64,000 nucleotides of DNA from Candidatus Latescibacterota bacterium. Lineage in GTDB: Bacteria; Latescibacterota; UBA2968. The stretch's first letter is position 1, and each line of letters begins with the position of its first letter. Location of the stretch: the NCBI GenBank assembly GCA_965205975.1, contig OZ242195.1:1472001-1536000 (forward strand), in the 5' to 3' direction. Of the stretch, positions 31,104 through 41,518 are shown in pieces. The notes under the pieces are model-generated. The model was not told the DNA's origin. It was given only the letters and a program-made list of their open reading frames with translations, and searched no databases. Position numbers and translations under genes: made by a program.

Positions 31104-31859
31104 TCAGTTGGACTGCGCTTTTTTTATTTCTTCCATCTCTTCAATGACTTTTTCCTTCAACTTCTCCGGTAAATCCTGCCCTATCAGCAATGTAAGCTCA
31201 TTGAGCGCCTCGTCGAGTGCACCAGTCTTCAAATTGACCTGTGCAATAATAAAGCGCGCCTCCAAAGCAGACTCTGTGTCGGGATATTCCTTCAATACGC
31301 CTTCCGCATAGACTTTGGCTGAAGTATAATATTTCCACAGAATATAATCATAAGCAATCATGACATCCTTCCGGGCCAGTTGATTGCGCAACGCTTTAAT
31401 TTTTTCCTCTGCTTGAGATACGAGATCGCTTTGTGGATAGTCTTCGATAAACCGCGCAAATTCTCGAATCGCCTTGTGCGTTTCATCCTGGTCGTGGTGA
31501 ATGTCGCGCGCATCCTGATAATAACACTCGCCAATCTGGAATCGCGCTTCGGCGGCATAAGGACTTACTGGATATTCGTTGAGCAGGCGTTCGTATTCAA
31601 AAATAGCAGTCACATAATCTTTTTGACACTGAAAAGCTTTGCCCAATCCAAACTGTGCCTCATCTGACAAATGAGATCCGGGAAAATCAGATAGCATATT
31701 TCTAAACAACAACTCTGCGTCGTAGCACTTCTTATTATCGAGTGCTTCTTGTGCGTCTTTATAATAAACCTCTGGGCTCAATCGCCTATATTTTTTTTGT
31801 GCACACCCCAAATACAACACCATCAGACACGCACAACAGATATATAAAAGTCGTCTCAT
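31104..31859 (-). CDS. bamD: Outer membrane protein assembly factor BamD (lipoprotein)
   Basis: Signal peptide with lipobox LYLGC, TPRs, DQDETHKAI..F..FIEDYP.S, LARKDVMIAYDY. Confidence 0.88.
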   Translation of the reverse strand: MRRLLYICCACLMVLYLGCAQKKYRRLSPEVYYKDAQEALDNKKCYDAELLFRNMLSDFPGSHLSDEAQFGLGKAFQCQKDYVTAIFEYERLLNEYPVSPYAAEARFQIGECYYQDARDIHHDQDETHKAIREFARFIEDYPQSDLVSQAEEKIKALRNQLARKDVMIAYDYILWKYYTSAKVYAEGVLKEYPDTESALEARFIIAQVNLKTGALDEALNELTLLIGQDLPEKLKEKVIEEMEEIKKAQSN

Positions 31860-32106
31860 AATCCGCCAATCTGCATAATTCAATGAACCGTTAACATATT
31901 GTCCTGTCTGATAAACGATGCAGATTATGTAATGTTCCCCAGTTTCAAAAATAAAAAGGGCGCGTTTTTCCCGCGCTTCGTTCCAAAATCTTCAAACGTA
32001 TAAGACTTTCACAACATAAGCAAACCCACCTATCAAGTCAAGAATGACGCATGCACAAATAGGGGGATTTTCCGGTAGATTTTCAGGGCATATTAGTATT
32101 ATTTTG

Positions 32107-32751
32107 CCTTCAGGTATTGCTTTTATCCTCGTGGATGATCGTGGTGAAAACAGCATTGCGGTCGCTTCAGGCGCAAATGCAGCCCTGTCACCCGATCAAA
32201 TCCATGATCAGGTCTATGAAGACGCAGAAATATGCTTGCTTCAACTCGAAACCCCGCTTGAAACCGTCGTCCATGCCGCATCTTTATCGACAAAAAACGA
32301 GACCCGTGTCGTACTCAATCCAGCGCCAGCAGCAGACCTGCCAGAAGAAATCTGGCCTCACCTGTTTCTCATTACCCCCAATCAAACCGAAACCGAACAC
32401 CTCACGGGAATCCCTCCCAACAGCCCCAAAAATATCGCAAAGGCAGCCGACAAACTCCTCCAAAAAGGCGCTCAAAATGTCATCATCACCCTGGGAGCAC
32501 AGGGCGCGTTTTTGGCGACACCAGATCAAACTTTACACATACCGGCTTTTAAAGCTACACCAATAGATACCACAGGTGCCGGTGATGCCTTCAATGGCGC
32601 GCTATCCTGCGCCTTAAGCGAAAACCAATCCCTTGAAACCGCCATTCGCTTTGCGTGCGCCGCAGGCGCTCTAACCGTTGGCAAAGCAGGTGCCCAACCC
32701 GCGATTCCCACCAGAGATCAAATCGACGCGCTATTGGCGAATCTCCCTTGA
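32107..32751 (+). pseudogene. rbsK: Ribokinase (PfkB family), N-terminally truncated
   Basis: SGIAFILVD..GENSI.VASGAN, LLQLE, LNPAPA, TPNQTE, DTTGAGDAFNG are present. The N-terminal GSxNxD and GGKGANQA motifs are absent. Confidence 0.7.
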
Positions 32752-32843
32752 CGACAGCCCCGGCTTGTCCTATATTCCTATTCCCTTTCCCAGACTCCCC
32801 TCCCCCTCTCCCTGATGCCATCCCGTATCAGAAAGGAAATCTA

Positions 32844-33020
32844 ATGGGTTTGAGGAAAGCGAATGCGATCAGGCTCGATTTCGATGACCTCGTCAAAGAA
32901 CTCGACGATTTCGAGCAAGACATTAGAACCCTTCAGGACCGTATAGACCAACTCATCACCAACGCGCGACAAAAACCAGTCAAAGCCGTTACGAGCGAAG
33001 GCGATATGGGCACGACCTGA
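32844..33020 (+). CDS. Small coiled-coil hypothetical protein, 58 aa
   Basis: SD AAAGGA before ATG 32844, amphipathic LVKELDDFEQDIRTLQDRIDQL, terminator follows. Confidence 0.65.
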   Translation: MGLRKANAIRLDFDDLVKELDDFEQDIRTLQDRIDQLITNARQKPVKAVTSEGDMGTT

Positions 33021-33031
33021 ACACACTAATA

Positions 33032-33066
33032 AACAGGCGGGAAAATTCCCCGCCTGTTATTTTTTT
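33032..33066 (+). terminator. Intrinsic terminator
   Basis: aacaggcggg-aaaattc-cccgcctgtt-attttttt. Confidence 0.8.
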
Positions 33067-33070
33067 CGCA

Positions 33071-33265
33071 ATGTTCTACACTACCATATTTGCCATCGTC
33101 CTCATCATTGTCATACTGGCAAAATATCTCTACAAACCCGTTGAACGCTGTCCCGAATGCAACGCTCCACGCGAGTCTGATCATCCGATATGCCCGTGTG
33201 GCTATGTTTTTGAATTTCCCGACGATGACGATCCCCTCGAATACGGTGACCCCGAAGATCAGTAA
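33071..33265 (+). CDS. Small membrane-anchored zinc-ribbon protein, 64 aa
   Basis: N-terminal TM helix, CPEC-x10-CPCG, acidic tail. Ends 9 nt before purB. Confidence 0.6.
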   Translation: MFYTTIFAIVLIIVILAKYLYKPVERCPECNAPRESDHPICPCGYVFEFPDDDDPLEYGDPEDQ

Positions 33266-33274
33266 AGGATCCCC

Positions 33275-34633
33275 ATGACCCTCACCGCACTTTCTCCCCT
33301 CGACAATCGCTACACGAGCCGCTTGACGGATCTCATCCCCTGTCTCTCGCATTTTGCACTAATAGCCTATCGCGTACAGATCGAAATTGAGTGGTTGCGC
33401 TTTCAATCAGAGCACCCCGAACTCACACACGTCCGCGCATTTACCGATGCTGAACATCAGATGTTAAAATCGTGGATAGACACTTTCGATGAACAGCAAG
33501 CTCAGCGCGTTGTCGCAATCGAAAGAGTCACCAATCACGATGTCAAATCTGTCGAATACTACGTCAGAGAACGCCTTGAAGAAACATCGCTTGCCGACAT
33601 ATGCGAAGCCGTGCATTTTTGCTGCACTTCTGAAGATATCAACAATCTCTCTCATGCGCTCATGCTCAAATCCGCTGTCAAAGATGTCTTTCTTCCACTG
33701 GCACAGCAAGTTATACAAATCACTTCAAAGCTCGCACAAGACACCAAAAACCTCCCTATACTCGCGCGCACGCACGGCCAACCCGCCACCCCGACCACAA
33801 TGGGCAAAGAACTCGCAGTATTTGTCTATCGCTGGCAGCGGCAAATCAAACAGGCGACAAAACTCGAATACCTCGGCAAATTCAACGGCGCCACAGGCAA
33901 TTACAACGCGCATGTCGCGGCCTATCCCAATGTGTGCTGGCATGACCTCGCCCGCGATTTCGTCCAGCGTCTCGGCCTCACATTCAATCCACTCACTACG
34001 CAGATTGAATCGCACGATTATATGGCTGAAATTTTTCACATGATCATCCGCTTCAACACCATCTCGCTCGACTTTGCCCGCGACATGTGGACCTATATAT
34101 CCCTATCCTATTTTCGCCAGAAAACAGTCGCGACAGAGGTCGGATCCTCGACCATGCCCCACAAAGTCAATCCCATCGACTTTGAAAATGCCGAAGCCAA
34201 TCTGGGCATCAGCACGGCCCTGCTCGAACACCTATCGACCAAATTACCCGTCTCACGCCTTCAGCGCGACCTGTCCGACTCCTCAGCCAGTCGCAATATT
34301 GGTCCGGCCATCGGCCATGCGTGTCTCGCCCTGAAATCCCTGCTGAATGGCATGGGCAAGGTCGCCATCGATAAACAGGCCATTGCCAGTGATCTCGAAA
34401 ACGCCTGGGAAATCCTCGGCGAAGCCGTGCAAACCGTCATGCGAAAAAACGGATATGAAAACGCCTACGAGCTTATGAAAGACCTCACCCGGGGCACAGA
34501 CATTACAAAGGACGATCTCAACAACTTTCTCAACTCCCTCGATCTCCCCCACGCAGACCTCAAAAATCTGAAAAAACTAACGCCTGAATCCTATATAGGG
34601 CTTGCCCCACAGCTTGTGGATGATATCTTGTAA
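33275..34633 (+). CDS. purB: Adenylosuccinate lyase
   Basis: TNHDVKSVEY, TSEDINN, RTHGQPATPTT, GSSTMPHKVNPIDFEN, SRLQRDLSDS. Confidence 0.97.
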   Translation: MTLTALSPLDNRYTSRLTDLIPCLSHFALIAYRVQIEIEWLRFQSEHPELTHVRAFTDAEHQMLKSWIDTFDEQQAQRVVAIERVTNHDVKSVEYYVRERLEETSLADICEAVHFCCTSEDINNLSHALMLKSAVKDVFLPLAQQVIQITSKLAQDTKNLPILARTHGQPATPTTMGKELAVFVYRWQRQIKQATKLEYLGKFNGATGNYNAHVAAYPNVCWHDLARDFVQRLGLTFNPLTTQIESHDYMAEIFHMIIRFNTISLDFARDMWTYISLSYFRQKTVATEVGSSTMPHKVNPIDFENAEANLGISTALLEHLSTKLPVSRLQRDLSDSSASRNIGPAIGHACLALKSLLNGMGKVAIDKQAIASDLENAWEILGEAVQTVMRKNGYENAYELMKDLTRGTDITKDDLNNFLNSLDLPHADLKNLKKLTPESYIGLAPQLVDDIL

Positions 34634-34693
34634 AGACGAGGGGCTAGAGACAAGCCCCAGTGTTCATCGCAGTCATCCTCTCATCCTGATCCT

Positions 34694-35248
34694 ATGCCCT
34701 TTGAATTTAAAAACCTCGATATACCCGGCGTCATCCTCGTTCACGCAAAGCGATTTTCCGATGATCGCGGTTTTTTTGTCGAAACGTACAAACGAGACGA
34801 TTTCGAAGCCAATGGCATCTTAGAAACGTTCGTTCAGGATAACCACTCTCGCTCTACCTGCGGCGTACTGCGCGGATTGCACTACCAAAAATCCCCTCGC
34901 GCACAGGGCAAACTCATCCAGGTGCTCAAAGGCGAAATATACGATGTTGCCGTCGATATTCGTCGGGGATCCCCCACTTATGGTCAGTGGACCGGTATTC
35001 ATCTTTCCGAAGCGCGATCCGAACTCCTGTATGTCCCCCCCGGCTTTGCACACGGATTCTGCGTTCTCACAGAGGTGGCAGACTTCACATACAAATGTAC
35101 GGATGTTTACGCACCAGAGACCTATCGCGGTATTGCCTGGAATGATCCCGACTTAGACATTTCCTGGCCCATAAAAAATCCGATCCTTTCCAAGCGCGAT
35201 CAAAATCTCCCCCCGCTCAAAGAAGCAGACAACAATTTCATTTACTGA
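34694..35248 (+). CDS. rfbC: dTDP-4-dehydrorhamnose 3,5-epimerase
   Basis: DDRGFFVETY, FVQDNHS, VLRGLHYQ, DVAVDIRRGSPTYG, GFAHGF. Confidence 0.96.
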   Translation: MPFEFKNLDIPGVILVHAKRFSDDRGFFVETYKRDDFEANGILETFVQDNHSRSTCGVLRGLHYQKSPRAQGKLIQVLKGEIYDVAVDIRRGSPTYGQWTGIHLSEARSELLYVPPGFAHGFCVLTEVADFTYKCTDVYAPETYRGIAWNDPDLDISWPIKNPILSKRDQNLPPLKEADNNFIY

Positions 35249-35255
35249 GGACTCC

Positions 35256-38200
35256 ATGAGCTTGAAGCATTTCTTTCGCACATCCCCCTCGCAGCAACAC
35301 ACCCTGCTCCATTTATCACAGCAACACGTCTCTGCACACATTCAAAATATCGAAATTGAATACTGTTTTAATGTACAAACAGACAGTCCGCTTTCTGCCG
35401 ACCAGCAAAACCGGCTCACCTATCTTCTATCCGAAACCTTTGAAGCAGATCGATTTGCAGAGCAATCCTTTCTTACCGGACCTGGCACGATCCTCGAAGT
35501 GGGACCGCGCATGAATTTTTCCACAGCATGGTCCACAAATGCCACGGCAATATGCCACGCCTGCGGCCTCACGCAAATTTCGCGCATCGAACGGTCGCGA
35601 CGTTACCTCATTGAGCCATCCCTGAGCCTGGATCAGCAAAATATCTTTTTGTCCCTCGTTCACGACCGCATGACCGAATGCCTGTATCCCTACCCCCTCA
35701 CCTCCTTTGACTCCGACGCAAAACCAGAACTCGTATCCGAGATTCCCCTCATAGAAGAAGGCCGCCGCGCCCTTGAAAAAATCAATCGCACCCTGGGCCT
35801 GGCATTCGATGAATGGGACCTCAATTATTACACAGACCTCTTCCTCGACCAGATCGGCCGTAACCCCACCAATGTCGAATGCTTTGACATTGCCCAATCC
35901 AACAGCGAACATTGCAGACACTGGTTTTTTAAAGGCCGCCTTATCATTGACGGCGAAGAGATGCCCGACCACCTCATCGCCATGATCCAATCGACACTCA
36001 AAGCCAGCCCCAACAACAGCACGATCGCCTTCAAAGACAATTCCAGTGCCATCCAGGGGTATCCGATACGCACTATTGTACCTACCACTATCGGTAGTCC
36101 CTCTCCATTTGCATTCTCAGACCGCACCTGCGACATCATCTTCACCGCGGAAACTCACAACTTCCCATCGGGGGTTGCTCCTTTTCCCGGTGCAGAAACA
36201 GGCACGGGCGGTCGCATCCGAGACGTGCAGGCCACGGGTCGCGGCGCACTCGTCATAGCGGGTACAGCGGCGTATTGTGTGGGCAATTTGTATATTCCCG
36301 GATATGACCTGCCCTGGGAAAATCCCGATTTTCAATATCCCGATAACCTCGCCACACCCTTGCAAATCGCAATTGAAGCCAGCAATGGGGCTTCGGATTA
36401 CGGCAACAAATTCGGTGAACCCCTCATACAGGGCTACACGCGATCCTATGGTATGCGCCTGCCCAATGGAGAACGCAGAGAATGGATTAAACCCATTATG
36501 TTTAGTGGCGGAATCGGTCAAATGGACGCGCGTCATACAAATAAAGAGAAGCCCGAACCCCAAATGCTTGTCACCAAAATTGGCGGGCCAGCCTATCGCA
36601 TTGGCATGGGGGGGGGCGCTGCTTCGAGCATGGTACAGGGCGAAAACGAAGCCGAACTCGACTTCAACGCCGTGCAGCGCGGCGACGCAGAAATGGAACA
36701 AAAACTCAATCGCGTGATCCGCGCCTGTGTCGAACTCGGCGATCAAAACCCCATTGTCAGCATCCACGATCAGGGCGCGGGTGGCAACTGTAATGTCCTC
36801 AAAGAAATCGTTGAGCCTGCAGGTGCCCGCATCGATATTCGCGCCGTGCCTGTTGGAGATGAAACCCTATCTGTGCTCGAAATCTGGGGTGCCGAATATC
36901 AGGAAAACAATGCCCTGCTCATCCGTCCCGAACACGCCCATCTCTTCGACGCCCTCTGCAAACGCGAAAAGGTCATTTACGCTTTTGTCGGCGAAGTAAC
37001 CGGCGATGGGAGGGTGGTAGTCTTCGACAGCAAAGACAACACCACGCCCGTTGATCTCGACCTGGAAAAAGTCCTTGGCGATATGCCGCAAAAGCCCTTC
37101 AAACTCGACCGCTTTCCCACCCGCACAGAACCGCTCATCCTCCCCGAGAATCTGACCGTTGAAAAAGCACTCAACCGCGTGCTTCGCCTCGTCTCCGTAG
37201 GTTCCAAACGATTTCTCACCAACAAAGTTGACCGCTGTGTAACCGGGCTTGTTGCGCAACAGCAATGCGTGGGACCACTCCAGCTAACCGCAGCAGACGT
37301 CGCTGTCATTGCACAAAGTCATTTTGGCACGACTGGTGCCGCCACCGCCATTGGCGAACAACCCATCAAAGGTCTCATCGATCCTGCGGCGATGGGACGC
37401 CTGTGTGTGGGCGAAATGCTCACCAATATCGCCTGGGCGCGGCTGAGTGCTATAGAAGACATCAAGTGTTCTGGCAACTGGATGTGGGCGGCCAAATTGC
37501 CCGGAGAAGGCGCGGCACTTTACGATGCGGCCCGCGCCCTTACGGATATTCTGCTCGAATTGGGCATTGCTATAGATGGCGGCAAAGACAGCCTCTCAAT
37601 GGCTGCGATCGCACCGGGAGAGGATGGCGAAGAAACTGTCAAAACACCCGGCACACTCGTCATATCGGGCTATGTCACCAGTCCCGACATTACGCAGACC
37701 GTCACACCCGACTTAAAACATCCCGATGAGGGCATCATACTTTACGTCGATCTCGGCGCGGACAAACATCGCCTCGGCGGGTCTTCTCTCGCCCATGTGT
37801 ACGAGCAACTCGGCAACGAGTCGCCAGATGTCGATGATCCCGCCCTGCTCAAACGCGCGATTGAAGCACTCCAATCCTGCATCGCAAAAAATTACATTAC
37901 CTCGGGACACGACCGCAGCGATGGCGGTCTCATCACCGCGCTTTTGGAAATGGCTTTTGCCGGCAACTGCGGTATTCAGATCAATCTTCAAACCCGCGCC
38001 AATGCGATTTCCTCGCTCTTTTCCGAAGAACTCGGCCTCGTCTTTGAAGTGCATCCCAAAAATCTGATGATCGTGCGAGAAATTTTTAAAAAATCTGCCG
38101 TGCCTATTCAAGCTATAGGAAAAGCGACCGCCAGTCCCGACATCCAAATTTCTGTCAACAATCAGTGCGTTCTCAAAAGACCCATGCCCGAATTGCGAGA

Positions 38201-39161
38201 CTTATGGGAAGCTACGAGTTTCCAACTCGAACGCCAGCAAACCAATCCATCCTGCGTCTCGCAAGAAGAGGCTACCCTGCACGCGCGTACAGGTCCCAAC
38301 TTTACCGTACCCTTCGAGCCAATGCCCACGCCCCCCGCCATTCTCAATGCCAGTCGCAAGCCCACGGTCGCCATCGTGCGCGAAGAGGGCAGCAATGGAG
38401 ATCGCGAAATGACCTCTGCATTTTTCGCAGCGGGCTTTGAACCCTGGGATGTGACCACCAGCGATCTCTTATCTGGTACCATCGCACTCGGCGAACAATT
38501 CAGAGGCGTTGTATTTGTCGGTGGATTCAGCTATGCCGATGTGCTCGACTCGGCCAAAGGCTGGGCTGGCGTGATTCGCTTCAACGATGGCCTTCGCGCC
38601 CAGTTCGATGCCTTCTACAACCGTCCGGATACTTTCAGCCTCGGCGTGTGCAATGGCTGCCAACTCATGGCCTTGCTCGGCTGGGTTCCGTTCCCCGGCC
38701 TTGCCAATGCGGCACAACCCCGATTTATTCGAAACGAATCCGCGCGTTTTGAATCCCGCTTTTCCACCGTGCAAATTCAGGACAGTCCAGCAATTATGTT
38801 CAAAAACATGGCCGGCGCATCCCTCGGTGTGTGGGTCGCACACGGCGAAGGCCGCGCATTTTTTCCCCGCGCAGACGTACTCGACCGCGTCATAGGCGAA
38901 AACCTCTCCCCCGTGCGCTACGTCGATGACAACAATACCGCAACCGAAGCCTATCCCTTTAACCCAAATGGTTCCCCGCACGGCATTGCCGGTCTTTGCT
39001 CCCCCGATGGACGCCACCTCGCCATGATGCCCCACCCCGAACGCACCTTTCTCAAGTGGCAATGGGGGTATATGCCAGCGAACTGGAAACGCGACCTTCA
39101 AGCCTCTCCGTGGCTTCAAATATTCCAGAACGCCCGCGAGTGGTGTGAGGGTAAAACGTAA
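35256..39161 (+). CDS. purL: Phosphoribosylformylglycinamidine synthase (large fused type)
   Basis: QSNSEHCRHWFF, ETHNFP, IHDQGAGGN, FLTNKVDR, GGKDSLSM, glutaminase LGVCNGCQ and MMPHPER. Confidence 0.97.
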   Translation: MSLKHFFRTSPSQQHTLLHLSQQHVSAHIQNIEIEYCFNVQTDSPLSADQQNRLTYLLSETFEADRFAEQSFLTGPGTILEVGPRMNFSTAWSTNATAICHACGLTQISRIERSRRYLIEPSLSLDQQNIFLSLVHDRMTECLYPYPLTSFDSDAKPELVSEIPLIEEGRRALEKINRTLGLAFDEWDLNYYTDLFLDQIGRNPTNVECFDIAQSNSEHCRHWFFKGRLIIDGEEMPDHLIAMIQSTLKASPNNSTIAFKDNSSAIQGYPIRTIVPTTIGSPSPFAFSDRTCDIIFTAETHNFPSGVAPFPGAETGTGGRIRDVQATGRGALVIAGTAAYCVGNLYIPGYDLPWENPDFQYPDNLATPLQIAIEASNGASDYGNKFGEPLIQGYTRSYGMRLPNGERREWIKPIMFSGGIGQMDARHTNKEKPEPQMLVTKIGGPAYRIGMGGGAASSMVQGENEAELDFNAVQRGDAEMEQKLNRVIRACVELGDQNPIVSIHDQGAGGNCNVLKEIVEPAGARIDIRAVPVGDETLSVLEIWGAEYQENNALLIRPEHAHLFDALCKREKVIYAFVGEVTGDGRVVVFDSKDNTTPVDLDLEKVLGDMPQKPFKLDRFPTRTEPLILPENLTVEKALNRVLRLVSVGSKRFLTNKVDRCVTGLVAQQQCVGPLQLTAADVAVIAQSHFGTTGAATAIGEQPIKGLIDPAAMGRLCVGEMLTNIAWARLSAIEDIKCSGNWMWAAKLPGEGAALYDAARALTDILLELGIAIDGGKDSLSMAAIAPGEDGEETVKTPGTLVISGYVTSPDITQTVTPDLKHPDEGIILYVDLGADKHRLGGSSLAHVYEQLGNESPDVDDPALLKRAIEALQSCIAKNYITSGHDRSDGGLITALLEMAFAGNCGIQINLQTRANAISSLFSEELGLVFEVHPKNLMIVREIFKKSAVPIQAIGKATASPDIQISVNNQCVLKRPMPELRDLWEATSFQLERQQTNPSCVSQEEATLHARTGPNFTVPFEPMPTPPAILNASRKPTVAIVREEGSNGDREMTSAFFAAGFEPWDVTTSDLLSGTIALGEQFRGVVFVGGFSYADVLDSAKGWAGVIRFNDGLRAQFDAFYNRPDTFSLGVCNGCQLMALLGWVPFPGLANAAQPRFIRNESARFESRFSTVQIQDSPAIMFKNMAGASLGVWVAHGEGRAFFPRADVLDRVIGENLSPVRYVDDNNTATEAYPFNPNGSPHGIAGLCSPDGRHLAMMPHPERTFLKWQWGYMPANWKRDLQASPWLQIFQNAREWCEGKT

Positions 39162-39173
39162 AAGGATACACCT

Positions 39174-41495
39174 ATGGACCTCTCCAAATTTCAAGATGAT
39201 ACCATTCTCGCCGAATGGATGCTCTCAGAAGCTGAACAGGGGGAACACGCCGACCTCCCCATGAAAATTGGCGATTGGAACTGCGCCAACGAGATTCGCG
39301 CTGAAATTTTCCTTCCGGACAATGTCGATGACCAGATCTACTGCACCCTCACCTCGGGGCACCGAACCGAAGGCATGAGCGAAGACGATGGCTATCGATT
39401 CAACGCCATCGCCTCCCCGCGCGGAGGCAATATCTGGCAGGGTTGGCGAGAATTTCGCTTTCCCGCCGAATGTTTTTACACTTTGGGCATTCCCTCTGGA
39501 TGGGGTCAGATGGTCTCGGGCACCATCCGCCTACCATCGGGCAGTCGCATCCGAAATATCCGCCTGCTCCAGCGCGAAGTCGCGCGCGGACCTCGCATGA
39601 CCGACAAAGCTCTGATCAACGCTCTGGACCTGAACCATCCCGGCCTTGAAGCCGCAGCGCAAGCCGATACAATCCAGACCCAACTTGCAGAAATTGCAGC
39701 CTGCTTCCGGCGCAGCACCTTCAATAGACGCCACGTTATACCCGATCCCGCTCCCAAAGCCAATATAGAAGAAGCCAACCGGATTCTCGCCGGGCACATC
39801 ATGGACCATTACTGGCCCGACGGTGTTGATTGGGACGCCAATCCGTATGGATACATCGAATGGTCCATCCGCATCCACGGCTTTCCCTATTTCACCCCGC
39901 TCGAACTCGCCTGGGAAGAAACCCGCGACCCGAAATACGCAAAAGCCATCGAAAATATCTTGCGCGACTGGATGCAAAAAACCCCCATGCCCTACGACGT
40001 GCGCGCCGGTGGCCTTGCATGGGGGCATTCTCTAATCGTGAGCATGCGGGCATTCTCCACACTCGTCGATATCTTCACCGTACTCTGCGATTGCGCAGAG
40101 ATCGAAGACCAGACCATCATAGATCTGCTCAAATCAATCTACGAACACGAAGCCTACCTCTTAAAATTCGAATCCTTCCCACCCTCCAACAAAACCATCT
40201 CCGAAGGCCGCTCCATGCTTGCGACTGCCTGCTCATTCCCCGAATTTCGGGAATCGGAAGAATGGTATCATGCAGCCAGCCAGCAACTCCTGAACGACAT
40301 GAACATTCAGGTCATGCGCGATGGTGCTTCTTACGAACTCACCCCAGGCTACCAGATAGCTATCGCGGCCTGGTTCCTGGAAGTTTTTGAAGTCGCCCGT
40401 AAATTTGGCCGATCTCTGGATCCGGAAATAGAAGCAGGCATAAGGCGAATGTACGACTGGAGTGCCTCCGTCAACCGTCCCGATTTCTCCTGTCCCTCTG
40501 TTTCTGACGCCGGCAGCCTGGATGGAAAATTCGCGCGTTCGCTTATCAAACCTGGACGGGTACTCGATAATTCGAGCGCCTTATGGGTCGGCACAGAAGG
40601 AGAAGAAGGGCATCCTCCTGACTATACCTCCATCGCCCACCGCGATTCGGGCTATTTTGTCATGCGAAGCGGATGGGACCGCGATGCTCGATACTGTCTC
40701 TTTGAAGGCGGTCCCTACGGTCGCTTCCACCAGCACGAAGACATGCTTTCCTTCGACCTCTACGCACATGGCCTGCCTTTTCTTGTGGATCCCGGAATCA
40801 CTTCCTACTTCCCCAATGAATGGACATCCTTCTACCGCACCACTGAAGCGCACAATACCGTTCTCGTAGATGGTTGCGGGCAGAACCGCCGCGAACAGAC
40901 CATCGACGAATGGATCGAATCTGCCCGCGACAAAACCGTCTGGCGAAGTGATCATCGAGCCGATGTCGCCATTGCCACTTATGATGCGGGTTATGTCGGG
41001 CTGGACGCAGATATTGCCCACCGCCGCACCGTCATGTTCGTCAAACCCAACTATTTTCTCATATTCGACGAACTCATTGGCGAGGGACAACACACCTATG
41101 AAGCGCTCTTTCACTTCATGCCCTATCGCGTCCTGATTGATCCCGATACCAGAGCCGTGCGTACCGGGCGCATGACCCCGCCCAATCTCGAAATCCTCCC
41201 CCTCGTCAACATGACGCCCCGGCTTATCTGCGGACAAAATGATCCCGTACAGGGCTGGCTCGCCATCAGCGGTCAGGATGTGCCCGCACCGGTCGCCATT
41301 TACAAGAAACGCGCGACACTGCCCTTCCGAACCGGCTATGTCCTCGTCCCCTTCACAGACGGCACCACCGCTGGCATCACTTCCAGAATCACCCGCCGTG
41401 GCGATACCTGGAACGTGTACATCACCCATCCAGATGGCCGTGTGGATCGCATTAAAATGGACTGGTGTGATAAACAGGGACCAGTGCTTACCTAA
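39174..41495 (+). CDS. Heparinase II/III-like polysaccharide lyase family protein
   Basis: DGASYELTPGYQ, SGYFVMRSGW, HQHEDMLSF, LVDPGITSY, TEAHNTVLVDG. Confidence 0.85.
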   Translation: MDLSKFQDDTILAEWMLSEAEQGEHADLPMKIGDWNCANEIRAEIFLPDNVDDQIYCTLTSGHRTEGMSEDDGYRFNAIASPRGGNIWQGWREFRFPAECFYTLGIPSGWGQMVSGTIRLPSGSRIRNIRLLQREVARGPRMTDKALINALDLNHPGLEAAAQADTIQTQLAEIAACFRRSTFNRRHVIPDPAPKANIEEANRILAGHIMDHYWPDGVDWDANPYGYIEWSIRIHGFPYFTPLELAWEETRDPKYAKAIENILRDWMQKTPMPYDVRAGGLAWGHSLIVSMRAFSTLVDIFTVLCDCAEIEDQTIIDLLKSIYEHEAYLLKFESFPPSNKTISEGRSMLATACSFPEFRESEEWYHAASQQLLNDMNIQVMRDGASYELTPGYQIAIAAWFLEVFEVARKFGRSLDPEIEAGIRRMYDWSASVNRPDFSCPSVSDAGSLDGKFARSLIKPGRVLDNSSALWVGTEGEEGHPPDYTSIAHRDSGYFVMRSGWDRDARYCLFEGGPYGRFHQHEDMLSFDLYAHGLPFLVDPGITSYFPNEWTSFYRTTEAHNTVLVDGCGQNRREQTIDEWIESARDKTVWRSDHRADVAIATYDAGYVGLDADIAHRRTVMFVKPNYFLIFDELIGEGQHTYEALFHFMPYRVLIDPDTRAVRTGRMTPPNLEILPLVNMTPRLICGQNDPVQGWLAISGQDVPAPVAIYKKRATLPFRTGYVLVPFTDGTTAGITSRITRRGDTWNVYITHPDGRVDRIKMDWCDKQGPVLT

Positions 41496-41518
41496 TCTCT
41501 CCACTGCAGGAGGTTTTC

